This document shows positions 1-8,871 of a stretch of 64,000 bases of DNA, one piece after another (the first letter of the stretch is position 1; the number at the start of each line of letters is the position of its first letter). The notes below the pieces were generated by a model that saw nothing but the letters and a program-made list of their open reading frames with translations, was not told the DNA's origin and ran no database searches. Both the position numbers and the translations under genes were made by a program. The DNA is from a virus. The stretch covers positions 43,137 to 107,136 of IMG/VR virus record IMGVR_UViG_3300009149_000016; one strand, 5' to 3'.

Positions 1-2
1 CC

Positions 3-320
3 TATCACAAGGAGTGCTGGGACCACGCAGGACGCCCTACGAACGACCTGACGCCCAGTGAGCACGCAGGCGACCAAGGGTTCTTCTTCAACGACGGCGA
101 CCACGACATGGCGCCCCCCTCCTGCGAGGATCCCGAGACTTACATCACCGAGAAGCGGATCGAGCGCACCACGCGCCGCCAAGCCGCCGAGCTTTGCCAG
201 GTGAACAACTGGTTCGAAGAAGCCTGGTACGCCCTCTGCAAGTATCCCGAGGACGAGCCCACCTGGCTTGAGGACGAGCACAAGCGTGCGGTCAGGCGCT
301 CGGAGTACGGAGACATATGA
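3..320 (+). CDS. hypothetical protein, probably 5'-truncated
   Basis: Frame is open from nt 3 (YHKECWDHAG...) through the ATG at 108 to the stop at 320; ATGA overlap with the next gene. Confidence 0.55.
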   Translation, partial: YHKECWDHAGRPTNDLTPSEHAGDQGFFFNDGDHDMAPPSCEDPETYITEKRIERTTRRQAAELCQVNNWFEEAWYALCKYPEDEPTWLEDEHKRAVRRSEYGDI

Positions 321-679
321 GCAAGCCCCTCCCCGCCAAGTGGTACGACAAGGCCCCCCGCCTCGCAACCATTGCCAAGTGGATCAACGCGAACACAACC
401 CTACACGCATGGATCGAGGAAGGATTCTGCGACACGGACCGCAAGTACAAGGGGTCTCGAATCCGGTTCCCGGGCAAGGGTCGAACCGGCAATCACCTGT
501 TTGTGACCACCGAAAGGGTTTCCCGCCATGCGATGACCCGGGCGGAATTCTACAAGTTCGAAGTCATCTCCCACAACGCCGCCGAAACCTACCGGTCCAA
601 TGACGAAGTGGTCACGAGCCTCGACCACTACTTGAAAAAGAACCCGAAGCGGTTGATTGCGACCAAGCCCACGCCTTAG
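317..679 (+). CDS. hypothetical protein (120 aa)
   Basis: Upstream GGAG; overlaps the previous stop; plausible composition. Confidence 0.65.
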   Translation: MSKPLPAKWYDKAPRLATIAKWINANTTLHAWIEEGFCDTDRKYKGSRIRFPGKGRTGNHLFVTTERVSRHAMTRAEFYKFEVISHNAAETYRSNDEVVTSLDHYLKKNPKRLIATKPTP

Positions 680-689
680 AAGGGGCACA

Positions 690-1070
690 ATGAGAGCCAT
701 CAACAAAAAAGCCGCCGCCATCCTCTCCTCAATCGTCGAAGGCATGGAGCCCGGCACCAGCAAGAAGATTGACAACACGGGCGGCACGTTCATGCCCCTG
801 TCCGTCGAGCGCCTCACCGAGGACCGATACTCGATGGCGCACTACTTCACGCAGAATGGTGACTTGTGCGCCGACCCGGACATGGAGTTCTGGCGTGGAC
901 CCGATGGCAAGTTCTACCCCATCGCCATCCAACAGATCTACGGCTACCAGGTCGCGATGACCTTCGGAGCCGATGACAAGCCTTCCGGCACGTACCCCCG
1001 TGCCCAGCGCGAGCAAGCGGTCTTCGCCGCTCAGTGGCTCGACAACATCAAGAGTCAACAGGGGCTCTGA
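690..1070 (+). CDS. DUF6908/DUF1249-like protein
   Basis: YSMAHYFTQNGDLCADPDMEF and C-terminal FAAQWLDNIKSQ match this family from memory; AGGGG precedes the ATG at 690. Confidence 0.7.
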   Translation: MRAINKKAAAILSSIVEGMEPGTSKKIDNTGGTFMPLSVERLTEDRYSMAHYFTQNGDLCADPDMEFWRGPDGKFYPIAIQQIYGYQVAMTFGADDKPSGTYPRAQREQAVFAAQWLDNIKSQQGL

Positions 1071-1073
1071 GAG

Positions 1074-2303
1074 CTACTTGTCGGTCTTCTTACGGGGCTC
1101 GTGCCGCCAGGCCGAGCCCTCTACTTTGTCAGCAAGACTTGCACAGAACGCGCCGGGGTCGTCGATCTTGCCTTCCATCTTTTTGATGCAGGCGGTGACC
1201 TTGTGCTTGTTGTCGCCCGTGAGCTTGCCCCAGAACTTTTTGACGCTCTCATCCGTCCAGCCCTTCGGCAGCTTGTTCCACTTGCCAGCCTCTACGGTCA
1301 CCAAGTCGCTTCCGAACACCAGGGAGGCCCGAACGCACCGGATGCTGTTGGAAGCCATCTTCTCGGCGCACTTGGGGCAGATCTCGGCCATCATCTTCTG
1401 ATCGACCCAGAAGTCCGACAACGGCTGCGAACCGATGTGCTCGGCTGCGACCCGAAGGGTCATGTCGGAAGCGGTCTTGTTTTCTTTTCTGAGGTGGTCA
1501 AACAGTGCGCCCATGGCGTATTTCTCCCGTGGGGCAATTTCATTCCACATCTCGTCAACGACGTCTTTGATTGCCCAATCGATCTCTTGCGGCTGGTTTT
1601 CGACGTCAAGCCCCTGGTCCGTCAGGTACTTCCAGACCTTGTCGTAGGAGAATTCGCTCCCCCGGCCTGTCAACTTCGCCATGATGTGGCTGATCGCCTG
1701 GCGCTCCGGGGTCCAAAGGTCAGACATCGACGGGTCTACTTTGAAGTCGAACGGAAAGACCCCTCGACGAACGTTGTCGATGGCTCGTTCCAGGTCGCGC
1801 CGGATGAATTTGTCGAAGTAGTAGCGAACCTGAACCTCGATCTCCCGGGTCCAATCGTCCTTGTTCTCTTCAATGGAATCTTGGAGGCTTTTGAGAACCT
1901 TGTCTGCAAGCTTGCGCATGAAGCGCTCAATCCGGCGAAACGTCTTGTTGTCAACCCGGTTGATCTGTCCCTTGCGGTCAAGCTGGACAATCTTGGCTGA
2001 CATCTGGTTCGCTCGGCCGTAGACCTTTTCGTTGCCGTCGGTCGCACGCCACATGGCGACCATCTTGCGTTCCGTGTCGTAAACCCAAAGGTACTTCCAC
2101 TTGTTGCCGGAAGGGAGCTTGATCAACCGTGCGCCGCCAGGTACCTCTTCCTCATCCCCTAAGGCATCCATGAGGGGACCAGCATCGGTCGAGAGGTTAT
2201 AGGTCTCACCATCGATCTTGACGGTGGGCACACCCGGCTTGCGTTGCAGCGGGATCACATCACCAGAAAAGCGTTGAACGATTCTTTGTACCAAGGGATC
2301 CAT
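1074..2303 (-). CDS. hypothetical protein, possible virion internal protein
   Basis: Long ORF; likely start MDPLVQRIVQRF at 2303 with AAGGGG RBS; internal LRVAAEH; C-terminal Cys-containing domain. Confidence 0.7.
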   Translation of the reverse strand: MDPLVQRIVQRFSGDVIPLQRKPGVPTVKIDGETYNLSTDAGPLMDALGDEEEVPGGARLIKLPSGNKWKYLWVYDTERKMVAMWRATDGNEKVYGRANQMSAKIVQLDRKGQINRVDNKTFRRIERFMRKLADKVLKSLQDSIEENKDDWTREIEVQVRYYFDKFIRRDLERAIDNVRRGVFPFDFKVDPSMSDLWTPERQAISHIMAKLTGRGSEFSYDKVWKYLTDQGLDVENQPQEIDWAIKDVVDEMWNEIAPREKYAMGALFDHLRKENKTASDMTLRVAAEHIGSQPLSDFWVDQKMMAEICPKCAEKMASNSIRCVRASLVFGSDLVTVEAGKWNKLPKGWTDESVKKFWGKLTGDNKHKVTACIKKMEGKIDDPGAFCASLADKVEGSAWRHEPRKKTDK

Positions 2304-2328
2304 CACCCCTTGTTGAACCATCAAAAGT

Positions 2329-2724
2329 CTAGTTGTCGATGAGTTGGGCAAGCTCAGCGTAGGTTTCCGAAAGGGTACGAAAACACTTCGCCATCTTCGC
2401 GTGCTTTTGCTGTGACGGGGCGGGTGTCCCGGGCCTCGAAAAGTGCTCTTTGATTCGGTTGGTGTCCTCGGTGCACATGCAGAAGCTCTCGATTTGGTCC
2501 CAAAGCGTCAAGCCCGAGCCTGTTTGCATGGTGCGCTCTAGAATTCCAAGGGTGACGGCAACATCTCGCACCCGACGCCGCCGTTCTTTTGTTGAAAGCC
2601 GTTGAGCCCCTAAAATCCGGTCGTATTCGTTCCGACGGATGGGCCGTCCAAGGATACTTCCGAGCTTGAGCATGATTTCCATACCAAGCTTCCGGTAGTT
2701 GTAGTGCTGTTGTTTCGTCGGCAT
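2329..2724 (-). CDS. hypothetical basic protein
   Basis: ATG at 2724 lies 8 nt downstream of a GGTGTAG motif. Confidence 0.6.
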   Translation of the reverse strand: MPTKQQHYNYRKLGMEIMLKLGSILGRPIRRNEYDRILGAQRLSTKERRRRVRDVAVTLGILERTMQTGSGLTLWDQIESFCMCTEDTNRIKEHFSRPGTPAPSQQKHAKMAKCFRTLSETYAELAQLIDN

Positions 2725-2732
2725 GGGAAGAC

Positions 2733-3170
2733 CTACACCATCCGGCCGTCTTTCGGGTACCACAGGCGAGGCATGAGACGACGCAAGGTCAGGATGGTCG
2801 AATCACGAGCAGTTCCGTTGAGAGTGAACCGGGATGGGCGTCGCGCATTTCTAACCACCGCATGGGGTTGGTTCATCCGCTCCGTGTAGTCGAGCCACGC
2901 CTCCCACGCTTGCTGGGGCGTGAAGTGTGACGGCACGTTGAACTCGATTCCCCGTTTCGAAAGCCACACTTCCCAGTTCGGACGCTCCCAGACCCAGTAG
3001 CGGCGATGCCCCAAGACAAGGCACTGGGTTTGACGCCCGAGCCAATGCCTGTGGGCATCTACGAGCCGCCCTCCCTCATCAGAAAGGGCAAACGAGAATC
3101 TCAGGTAGTCTTTAGCGAATTCAGGCCCGAACAGGTCTGATTGACTCACGATGTTGAGGATGGGGACCAT
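2733..3170 (-). CDS. hypothetical Trp-rich protein
   Basis: ATG at 3170 follows the ligase stop at 3172. Confidence 0.6.
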   Translation of the reverse strand: MVPILNIVSQSDLFGPEFAKDYLRFSFALSDEGGRLVDAHRHWLGRQTQCLVLGHRRYWVWERPNWEVWLSKRGIEFNVPSHFTPQQAWEAWLDYTERMNQPHAVVRNARRPSRFTLNGTARDSTILTLRRLMPRLWYPKDGRMV

Positions 3171-3171
3171 G

Positions 3172-4035
3172 TTACTGAGCTTGTAGTTTCGCTTGGAAGT
3201 ATTTCTTGAACAGCTTTGCTGTCGTCGAACCAATGGCTTTTCGAGCCTCCTTGCTATCGACGATCTCCCCTGCACCCTCGCGCAAGACATCCTCCGTCAT
3301 CGCTTGGATGACTTCTTTGGTCCGTTCCATCCCGATGTCGCCCTCGATCTTGTCCAGGACATGCTCAAGGCGAGTCGGAGTCACCCACTCATCGGCGATG
3401 GCTTGCGCTTCCTCCAACACCTTGAGCTTTTCCGGGTCGACTACCTGGCGAGGCGTATTGGTCTCCCGCTCCTCATCTCGCTTGTGCTTCGAAAGGACAC
3501 GCTCCCCCCGGTGGTCTCGGTATTCCGTCAACGGACGAAGCACGACACCTTCACGGGGTTGAGGTTCTTCAATCCCATTGCGAACCGCTTGAACACTCGG
3601 CGCATCCCGCTGCTTGTCGATCTCTTCCACGGTGGCCGCAATCCGCTCATAGTGGACGAATTCCAAGCTAAGTTTGGTCGCAACATTATGGGCGTTTTCG
3701 ACGGACAGCCACGTGTCATCGATCTTGACCTCAAAGGCAGCGAACTTCAGATCCTTGCCGTATCTCCAGGTCTGCTTTTGCTGACTCCCACCATACGCTT
3801 CGCCGTAGACAACCACGGTCGGATGACCCAGCGCCTCGAAGGCTTTCACAAGCGCAGCCTCATCGAACAGCGACCGAAAGCGTTCCGCCTTCGCGCCGCC
3901 CGACGAGAATTGCAACTTGCCATCCCGCCATTGGATGCTGGTTGACGTCCCATGGAGCTTTTCCAAGGCAAAGCATTCCTTGAAGGCTAGGATTCCCTGG
4001 TTCTTATAGAGGTTCTCGATGTGTCGGTAGCCCAT
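3172..4035 (-). CDS. RNA ligase, Rnl2 family
   Basis: Nucleotidyltransferase motifs I (EKLHGT), III (VYGE), IIIa (FAAFEV), IV (EGVVLRP) and V (KHK); C-terminal VTPTRLEHVLDKI resembles the Rnl2 C-domain. Confidence 0.85.
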   Translation of the reverse strand: MGYRHIENLYKNQGILAFKECFALEKLHGTSTSIQWRDGKLQFSSGGAKAERFRSLFDEAALVKAFEALGHPTVVVYGEAYGGSQQKQTWRYGKDLKFAAFEVKIDDTWLSVENAHNVATKLSLEFVHYERIAATVEEIDKQRDAPSVQAVRNGIEEPQPREGVVLRPLTEYRDHRGERVLSKHKRDEERETNTPRQVVDPEKLKVLEEAQAIADEWVTPTRLEHVLDKIEGDIGMERTKEVIQAMTEDVLREGAGEIVDSKEARKAIGSTTAKLFKKYFQAKLQAQ

Positions 4036-4041
4036 TTGATC

Positions 4042-4227
4042 TCATCTTTCGTTGCAGAAAGGAATCTTCTTCCGCTCCATCTCGGCCTTGGCCTGGCAAG
4101 AGATACACCAGGCCACTTCAGGCCAGTTGGCTCGGCTTTTTTGACAGGTGGTGCCCTGCATCATGCAAGGCTTCTTTCCAAGCTCTAGAAGCTTCGCATA
4201 GGGCAGGGCTTCGAGGGGGCGTTTCAT
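4042..4227 (-). CDS. small Cys-rich hypothetical protein
   Basis: ATGA overlap with the clpX stop; C-x6-C...CxxC. Confidence 0.55.
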   Translation of the reverse strand: MKRPLEALPYAKLLELGKKPCMMQGTTCQKSRANWPEVAWCISCQAKAEMERKKIPFCNER

Positions 4228-5486
4228 CCCTTGGCCTGCTTTTTCTCCTCTTGCTGGATCGCTTCATCGATCCGGGCTTCGGCCCCCTCGACCACCAACT
4301 CAGTAACGTGGATCGCCTTCATGTCGGGGTCAGAGGGCGCGTCGAACATGTAGGGCTCCAAGATAGCCTCAACGATCCCTCGGAGCGCTCTTGCCCCCGT
4401 GGGCTTCTCGCAAGCCTTGCGAGCGATGGCATGCAGGGCATCATCGTCGAACGAAAGGGCAACCTCATCGATCGTGAACAGCGCTTCGAACTGCTTGACC
4501 AGGGCGTTCTTGGGTTCGGTCAGGATACGCACCATCTCATCCTCGGTCAGGGGAAGCGTGCTGGTGATCACCGGCAGCCGGCCGAGAAGCTCAGGGATCA
4601 GACCAAAGTCGAGGATATCATCCTCGGTAATGTTGCCGTAAACCTCATCGGCCTTGATCCTGTTGGGCTGCCCCCCGCCGAATCCGAGCCGGGCGCCCTT
4701 GTTCCGGCGCTCGCCCACGACTTCCTCGATCCCGGCGAACGATCCCGAACAGATGAACAGGATGTTGGTTGTGTCGATCATGTCGGAAGTACCCATCCCG
4801 ATCTTCGAACCCATCCCACGAGGCACGGGCACAACCCCACCCTCGACAAGCTTCAGAAGGGCTTGCTGGACGCCTTCACCGGACACATCTCGGTACCCCG
4901 TCGCTCCCCGCCCGCTCTTGCGGGTGAGCTTGTCGATCTCGTCCACGAAGATGACGCCCCACTCGGCGCGCTCGATATCCCCATCGGCGTCCTGAATGAG
5001 CCCCTGAAGCATCGTCTCGACGTCATCACCGACGTAGCCAGCTTGCGTCATGCGCGTCGCATCCGACACGTAGAAGGGCAGCTTGAGCATACGTGCCACC
5101 GACCGAGCGATGTGGGTCTTGCCGGTACCCGACGGGCCCATGAGCAAGATGTTGGACTTGTCGATTTCGATATCGCCCGCAATCCCGTCCTTGACTACGC
5201 CACGTCGTTTGAAGTGGTTGTAGACCGCAATGGCAATCGCTCGCTTGGCACGGTCTTGGCCGATCACATGCTCGCTGAGGATCTTGAAGATCTCACGGGG
5301 CTTGAGAAGGATGTCATCCCCGCCCTGTTCCGCAGCTTCCTTGTTGCGGTTGGTGATCGCCTTGACGGCAGAATCAATGCAGCGGTTGCAAATGAAGGGT
5401 CCTTCGTCACCACCCGAGATGATGTGCTTCACCTCGTTGGAAGGGCGACCGCAGAAGGAGCAGACTTGACGCTTGGCTCTGGGCAT
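4224..5486 (-). CDS. clpX: ATP-dependent Clp protease ATP-binding subunit ClpX
   Basis: C4 zinc domain (CSFC...CNRC), Walker A GPSGTGKT, GYVG pore loop, Walker B FVDEIDK, RDVSGEGVQQALLK, LGF loop, GARALR sensor 2. Confidence 0.97.
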   Translation of the reverse strand: MPRAKRQVCSFCGRPSNEVKHIISGGDEGPFICNRCIDSAVKAITNRNKEAAEQGGDDILLKPREIFKILSEHVIGQDRAKRAIAIAVYNHFKRRGVVKDGIAGDIEIDKSNILLMGPSGTGKTHIARSVARMLKLPFYVSDATRMTQAGYVGDDVETMLQGLIQDADGDIERAEWGVIFVDEIDKLTRKSGRGATGYRDVSGEGVQQALLKLVEGGVVPVPRGMGSKIGMGTSDMIDTTNILFICSGSFAGIEEVVGERRNKGARLGFGGGQPNRIKADEVYGNITEDDILDFGLIPELLGRLPVITSTLPLTEDEMVRILTEPKNALVKQFEALFTIDEVALSFDDDALHAIARKACEKPTGARALRGIVEAILEPYMFDAPSDPDMKAIHVTELVVEGAEARIDEAIQQEEKKQAKG

Positions 5487-5522
5487 GCCTCAATCTACAC
5501 CGGCACGGAGCCGGGAGCGAGG

Positions 5523-6257
5523 CTAGATCTCACCCATCACGAAGCAAGGCTCACTCCACTTGAGACCTTCACATTCGACCAATCCGTGCGGATGAATCAC
5601 GCACACGCCACCTTCCCCGAAATTGTTGGGAAGCTCTTTGCCATATCGGTTGGCAACGACCAACACACACTTATTGTCCTTGGCGAATTCCATCCATGTA
5701 ACGGCAGGAAAACCCCCATCGCCCCAGTTGGCACTCATCGCCACGATATCCGCATCCCCGGGATCGTAGAAGTAAGACCCTTTCTCGGTGGCCTTGTCTC
5801 GAATGTCCCGACAGATCAACAACCCCATCTTCAGCATCCGCTTGCCGTCAAGGATATGGATCACGGGAGGATTGTCGAAACCAGGATCAGCCCAAAGAAA
5901 GTCGTTCCCCCACCGGTTGATCTTGTTGTAGCTCTGGTAGTAGCCCCCCGGCGTCACCAGCACTTGGCTATTGAACAGATGATCGTCGACATGGGAGACC
6001 ATTCCCCACACGATATCCACGTTATATCGCCGAGCGACTTCCATCATGACCTTGAGCGTTGGCCCAGTGCTGATGTTCTCGGAGAGCTTCCAGGCGTCTT
6101 CCTTGTTCATGATGGAATAGCCCGTCGTGCAAAGCTCTGGTAGCACCACTAGCCTCGCGCCCGCTTTGGCAGCATCGACCACCAGCCGGGCTGCTTGTAG
6201 CAGGTTGACCTCTTTTTTTCCAAAGACGGGCTGAAACTGAACGGCTGCAACCTTCAT
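5523..6257 (-). CDS. carbon-nitrogen hydrolase (nitrilase superfamily)
   Basis: Glu-Lys-Cys triad motifs VLPELCTTGY, YNK and LLICRD; N-terminal KVAAVQF; VANRYG. Confidence 0.92.
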   Translation of the reverse strand: MKVAAVQFQPVFGKKEVNLLQAARLVVDAAKAGARLVVLPELCTTGYSIMNKEDAWKLSENISTGPTLKVMMEVARRYNVDIVWGMVSHVDDHLFNSQVLVTPGGYYQSYNKINRWGNDFLWADPGFDNPPVIHILDGKRMLKMGLLICRDIRDKATEKGSYFYDPGDADIVAMSANWGDGGFPAVTWMEFAKDNKCVLVVANRYGKELPNNFGEGGVCVIHPHGLVECEGLKWSEPCFVMGEI

Positions 6258-7597
6258 GCGTCTACCACCAATTCCTCGAACAAAGCTGCTTGGGACGGGG
6301 GAAGCTCGCCCAAACAGTAAAAAGCGAACATTTCGGCAAAGTTCTCATCTGGGCTTGTCTTGGCGTACGGGGTGATGAACCCCTTGAAATCGTTCTTGAG
6401 CATCCTTGGGTCGATGCCCTTGAGTCTCAGGTACCCGAACAGGTTGATCTCCGCTGTATCAATAGAGAAGCTGCGGCGGGTGATGATGTCGATGAGCATC
6501 TTCTTTTCCCGCTCTTGCTCTGGCGTGAGAACCCCTTTGAACAGATCGGGAGCCTGCTTTTCCGCAGAACGAAGCACCTGAGCTTCAAGCTCTTTCTTGT
6601 CCTTGTCCGTCAGGACTTTCCGAAGATGAACCTTGTCTTTCTTCATGTACGTGACTTCGTACGTCTCGCCCTTATCCGTGATGGTGTCACCACGTTCGGG
6701 ACGATAACCAAGGAAGTCGCTCTGATACCCATCCTCGGCGGCATTGTAGAGGATCTTGGGCACACGCTTGTTTTTCAAGAACTTGTTTTCGTACCGATGA
6801 CCAAGCTCATGAATGATGGTGCGCACGGAGCTTCCCGCCGCAATTTTCTTGTCAGCACGAACGAAGAATTCATCCGACCCGTAAACGTAGAACGCAAGTA
6901 CGTTCCCTTTGTCGATCGACTGGCTGATATGAACCTCGCCGTAGCAGACCTTGCCAAGCCCAGCGGTTGTGATCTCCGATGCAGCCTCTTTGACTGCCTT
7001 AGCGCAGATGTCCATCACACCATCGGGGAAGCCACCCATGTTGATGAGGGTGAAGGGTCCGGCCTTGACCTTCACGGGGTCGTCGGCATCACCCACCGCA
7101 ATCTCACGACCCTTGCTCAGCGCTTCTTCCAGCGTACTGAAATGCGCCCGAAGGGTATCGAGGTACTTGAGATAGTACGTCAGGTAAGCATCGGTGCGCT
7201 CCAAGTCCTTCCTTGGGAGGCGGGGGCGGCGGTTGGTTTTCTTCGTCGCCCAAAACTTGACGAGCTTCTCGACCTTCTTACGCAGCGTTGCTGACAGGCT
7301 GTAGGTCTGGAGGATCGCCATCGAGATCCCCCACATCTGGTTGAACCGCTGATTGAAGCCGACCACCTCGGACATGATTGTGAACATGTCCCGACCGAAA
7401 TCGGGTTTTGCCACGTCCTTGCCACGAGCCAAGTCCTTTTTGTACTGCGAAAGGATGGCTTGGAACCGCTCGGCGTCCTTCTCAGCGTTGTCGTAAAGGT
7501 CGAACTTGCGCCGAAGCTCTTTGAGAAGTGCTTTCGGATCCTCGACGACCGCTGCCTCCAAGTACCGGGTGGCGACTCGCTCAGCATGAACGCTCAT
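6254..7597 (-). CDS. zincin-like metallopeptidase domain protein
   Basis: HELGH plus distal YAKTSPDENFAEMF third-ligand motif; start at 7597 overlaps the CCA-gene stop (ATGA). Confidence 0.75.
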   Translation of the reverse strand: MSVHAERVATRYLEAAVVEDPKALLKELRRKFDLYDNAEKDAERFQAILSQYKKDLARGKDVAKPDFGRDMFTIMSEVVGFNQRFNQMWGISMAILQTYSLSATLRKKVEKLVKFWATKKTNRRPRLPRKDLERTDAYLTYYLKYLDTLRAHFSTLEEALSKGREIAVGDADDPVKVKAGPFTLINMGGFPDGVMDICAKAVKEAASEITTAGLGKVCYGEVHISQSIDKGNVLAFYVYGSDEFFVRADKKIAAGSSVRTIIHELGHRYENKFLKNKRVPKILYNAAEDGYQSDFLGYRPERGDTITDKGETYEVTYMKKDKVHLRKVLTDKDKKELEAQVLRSAEKQAPDLFKGVLTPEQEREKKMLIDIITRRSFSIDTAEINLFGYLRLKGIDPRMLKNDFKGFITPYAKTSPDENFAEMFAFYCLGELPPSQAALFEELVVDA

Positions 7598-8802
7598 GCC
7601 AACCACCGGTTGGCAACTCGGAGGGCCACACGATCCGCCCCGGACTGAACGAGCCTCGTGAGCCGGTCTTGAAGCTCTCGTGGCTTGACGAAGGGGTCGT
7701 CCAGGATCAGATCCCGGGCCATGTCCACAGCTTTGCTAATGGCGGCTCCCTTGATGCCCGTATCCTGAATGAGCCGTCGGGTATCAATCGGCGGCTTCAA
7801 AAGCTTGTTGTAGACATCTTCCAAGTCGTCATAGCCGAGCTTGCTCTCAATCCGGCGAAGCATCCGGAGATGTTCAGGACGGAGCTTGTCCAACCCTACC
7901 GGAATCTCGAAACCGGCGAGCGTCAAAAGCAGATCGATGTTCTTGACTCGTTGTCCCACGGCTCGACGCAAACGGCTTGCCGGAAACATCGAAAGCACAG
8001 GATCGAGAAGTCCGAGCCCCTTCATGATGGTGAGCGCCTTTTTAGCGCCGGGCAGCTTCAGGATCTTGTCGAAGAAAAGCTCGTCGATCGCCTCGTACGA
8101 AACCCTTTTGATTTCCTTGGCTTTGCTCTTGATCGCCCGCCGAGTCGCCGGGTCCAATTCGAAACCGTATTTCACAGCAAAACGAATCGCCCGAAGCATC
8201 CGGGTCGGGTCGTCATCGAAGGTCTCGTTGGGGTCAAGAGGCGTCTTGACGATCTTGTCCTGCAAGTCCTTGAGCCCAAGCCCGGTCAAGTCGAGGATGG
8301 CTTTCTTGTCGGGACCTTGAGCCACATCGAGAAGCCGCCACACGAGCGCGTTGAACGTGAAGTCCCGGCGAAGCATGTCTTCGAGGATTGTTCCGGGCTC
8401 GACCTTCGAAGGCTTGTGACTCCCCTTTTCCTCTCCCTTGCCCTTTTCGTACTTCTCTTTGCGAGAAGTCACGATCTCGATCTTCTGTCCTTTGAGGTTG
8501 ACCCCGTCGAATTCAACGTCCACGGGGACAGGTCCAATGTGCACGACGCCGTATTGGTCGGCCTTGACGTTGGGTACCTGAAGGGCATCGGCAACCGCTT
8601 CGGCGAGCGTGACGGCATTCTTGCCGTTTTTCGGCTCGACCACCACGTCGACATCTTTGAAGTCGAACCCCAAAGCGAAGTCCCGGGGGGCCCCGCCCAC
8701 GATGTAACTGTGACTGGCCATACCAAGCCGTTTGGCGGTGGCTGACAGCAGTTTGACCAAGGCGTTGGCCTGTTGGGGGGTGGCGTCGGCAAGTCGGAAC
8801 AT
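7594..8802 (-). CDS. class II tRNA nucleotidyltransferase (CCA-adding / poly(A) polymerase family)
   Basis: YIVGGAPRD, DVDV, EDMLRRDFTFNAL and DDPTRMLRAIRF motifs; no HD domain evident. Confidence 0.92.
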   Translation of the reverse strand: MFRLADATPQQANALVKLLSATAKRLGMASHSYIVGGAPRDFALGFDFKDVDVVVEPKNGKNAVTLAEAVADALQVPNVKADQYGVVHIGPVPVDVEFDGVNLKGQKIEIVTSRKEKYEKGKGEEKGSHKPSKVEPGTILEDMLRRDFTFNALVWRLLDVAQGPDKKAILDLTGLGLKDLQDKIVKTPLDPNETFDDDPTRMLRAIRFAVKYGFELDPATRRAIKSKAKEIKRVSYEAIDELFFDKILKLPGAKKALTIMKGLGLLDPVLSMFPASRLRRAVGQRVKNIDLLLTLAGFEIPVGLDKLRPEHLRMLRRIESKLGYDDLEDVYNKLLKPPIDTRRLIQDTGIKGAAISKAVDMARDLILDDPFVKPRELQDRLTRLVQSGADRVALRVANRWLA

Positions 8803-8837
8803 TTCAACCTCAGTCTGCCCGCCTCATAGGAAAATTG

Positions 8838-8871
8838 TTGATCGTGAACAACCCTACACCTTAGAGGGTGC
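8838..8871 (+). promoter_or_regulatory. putative promoter TTGATC-N17-TTAGAG-GGTGC-ATG
   Basis: Same architecture and spacing as 27412-27445. Confidence 0.6.

Noticed and set aside
4251-6143. 630-aa plus-strand ORF
   Set aside because: Antisense shadow of clpX and the nitrilase gene; expected from high-GC codon bias; no recognisable motifs.
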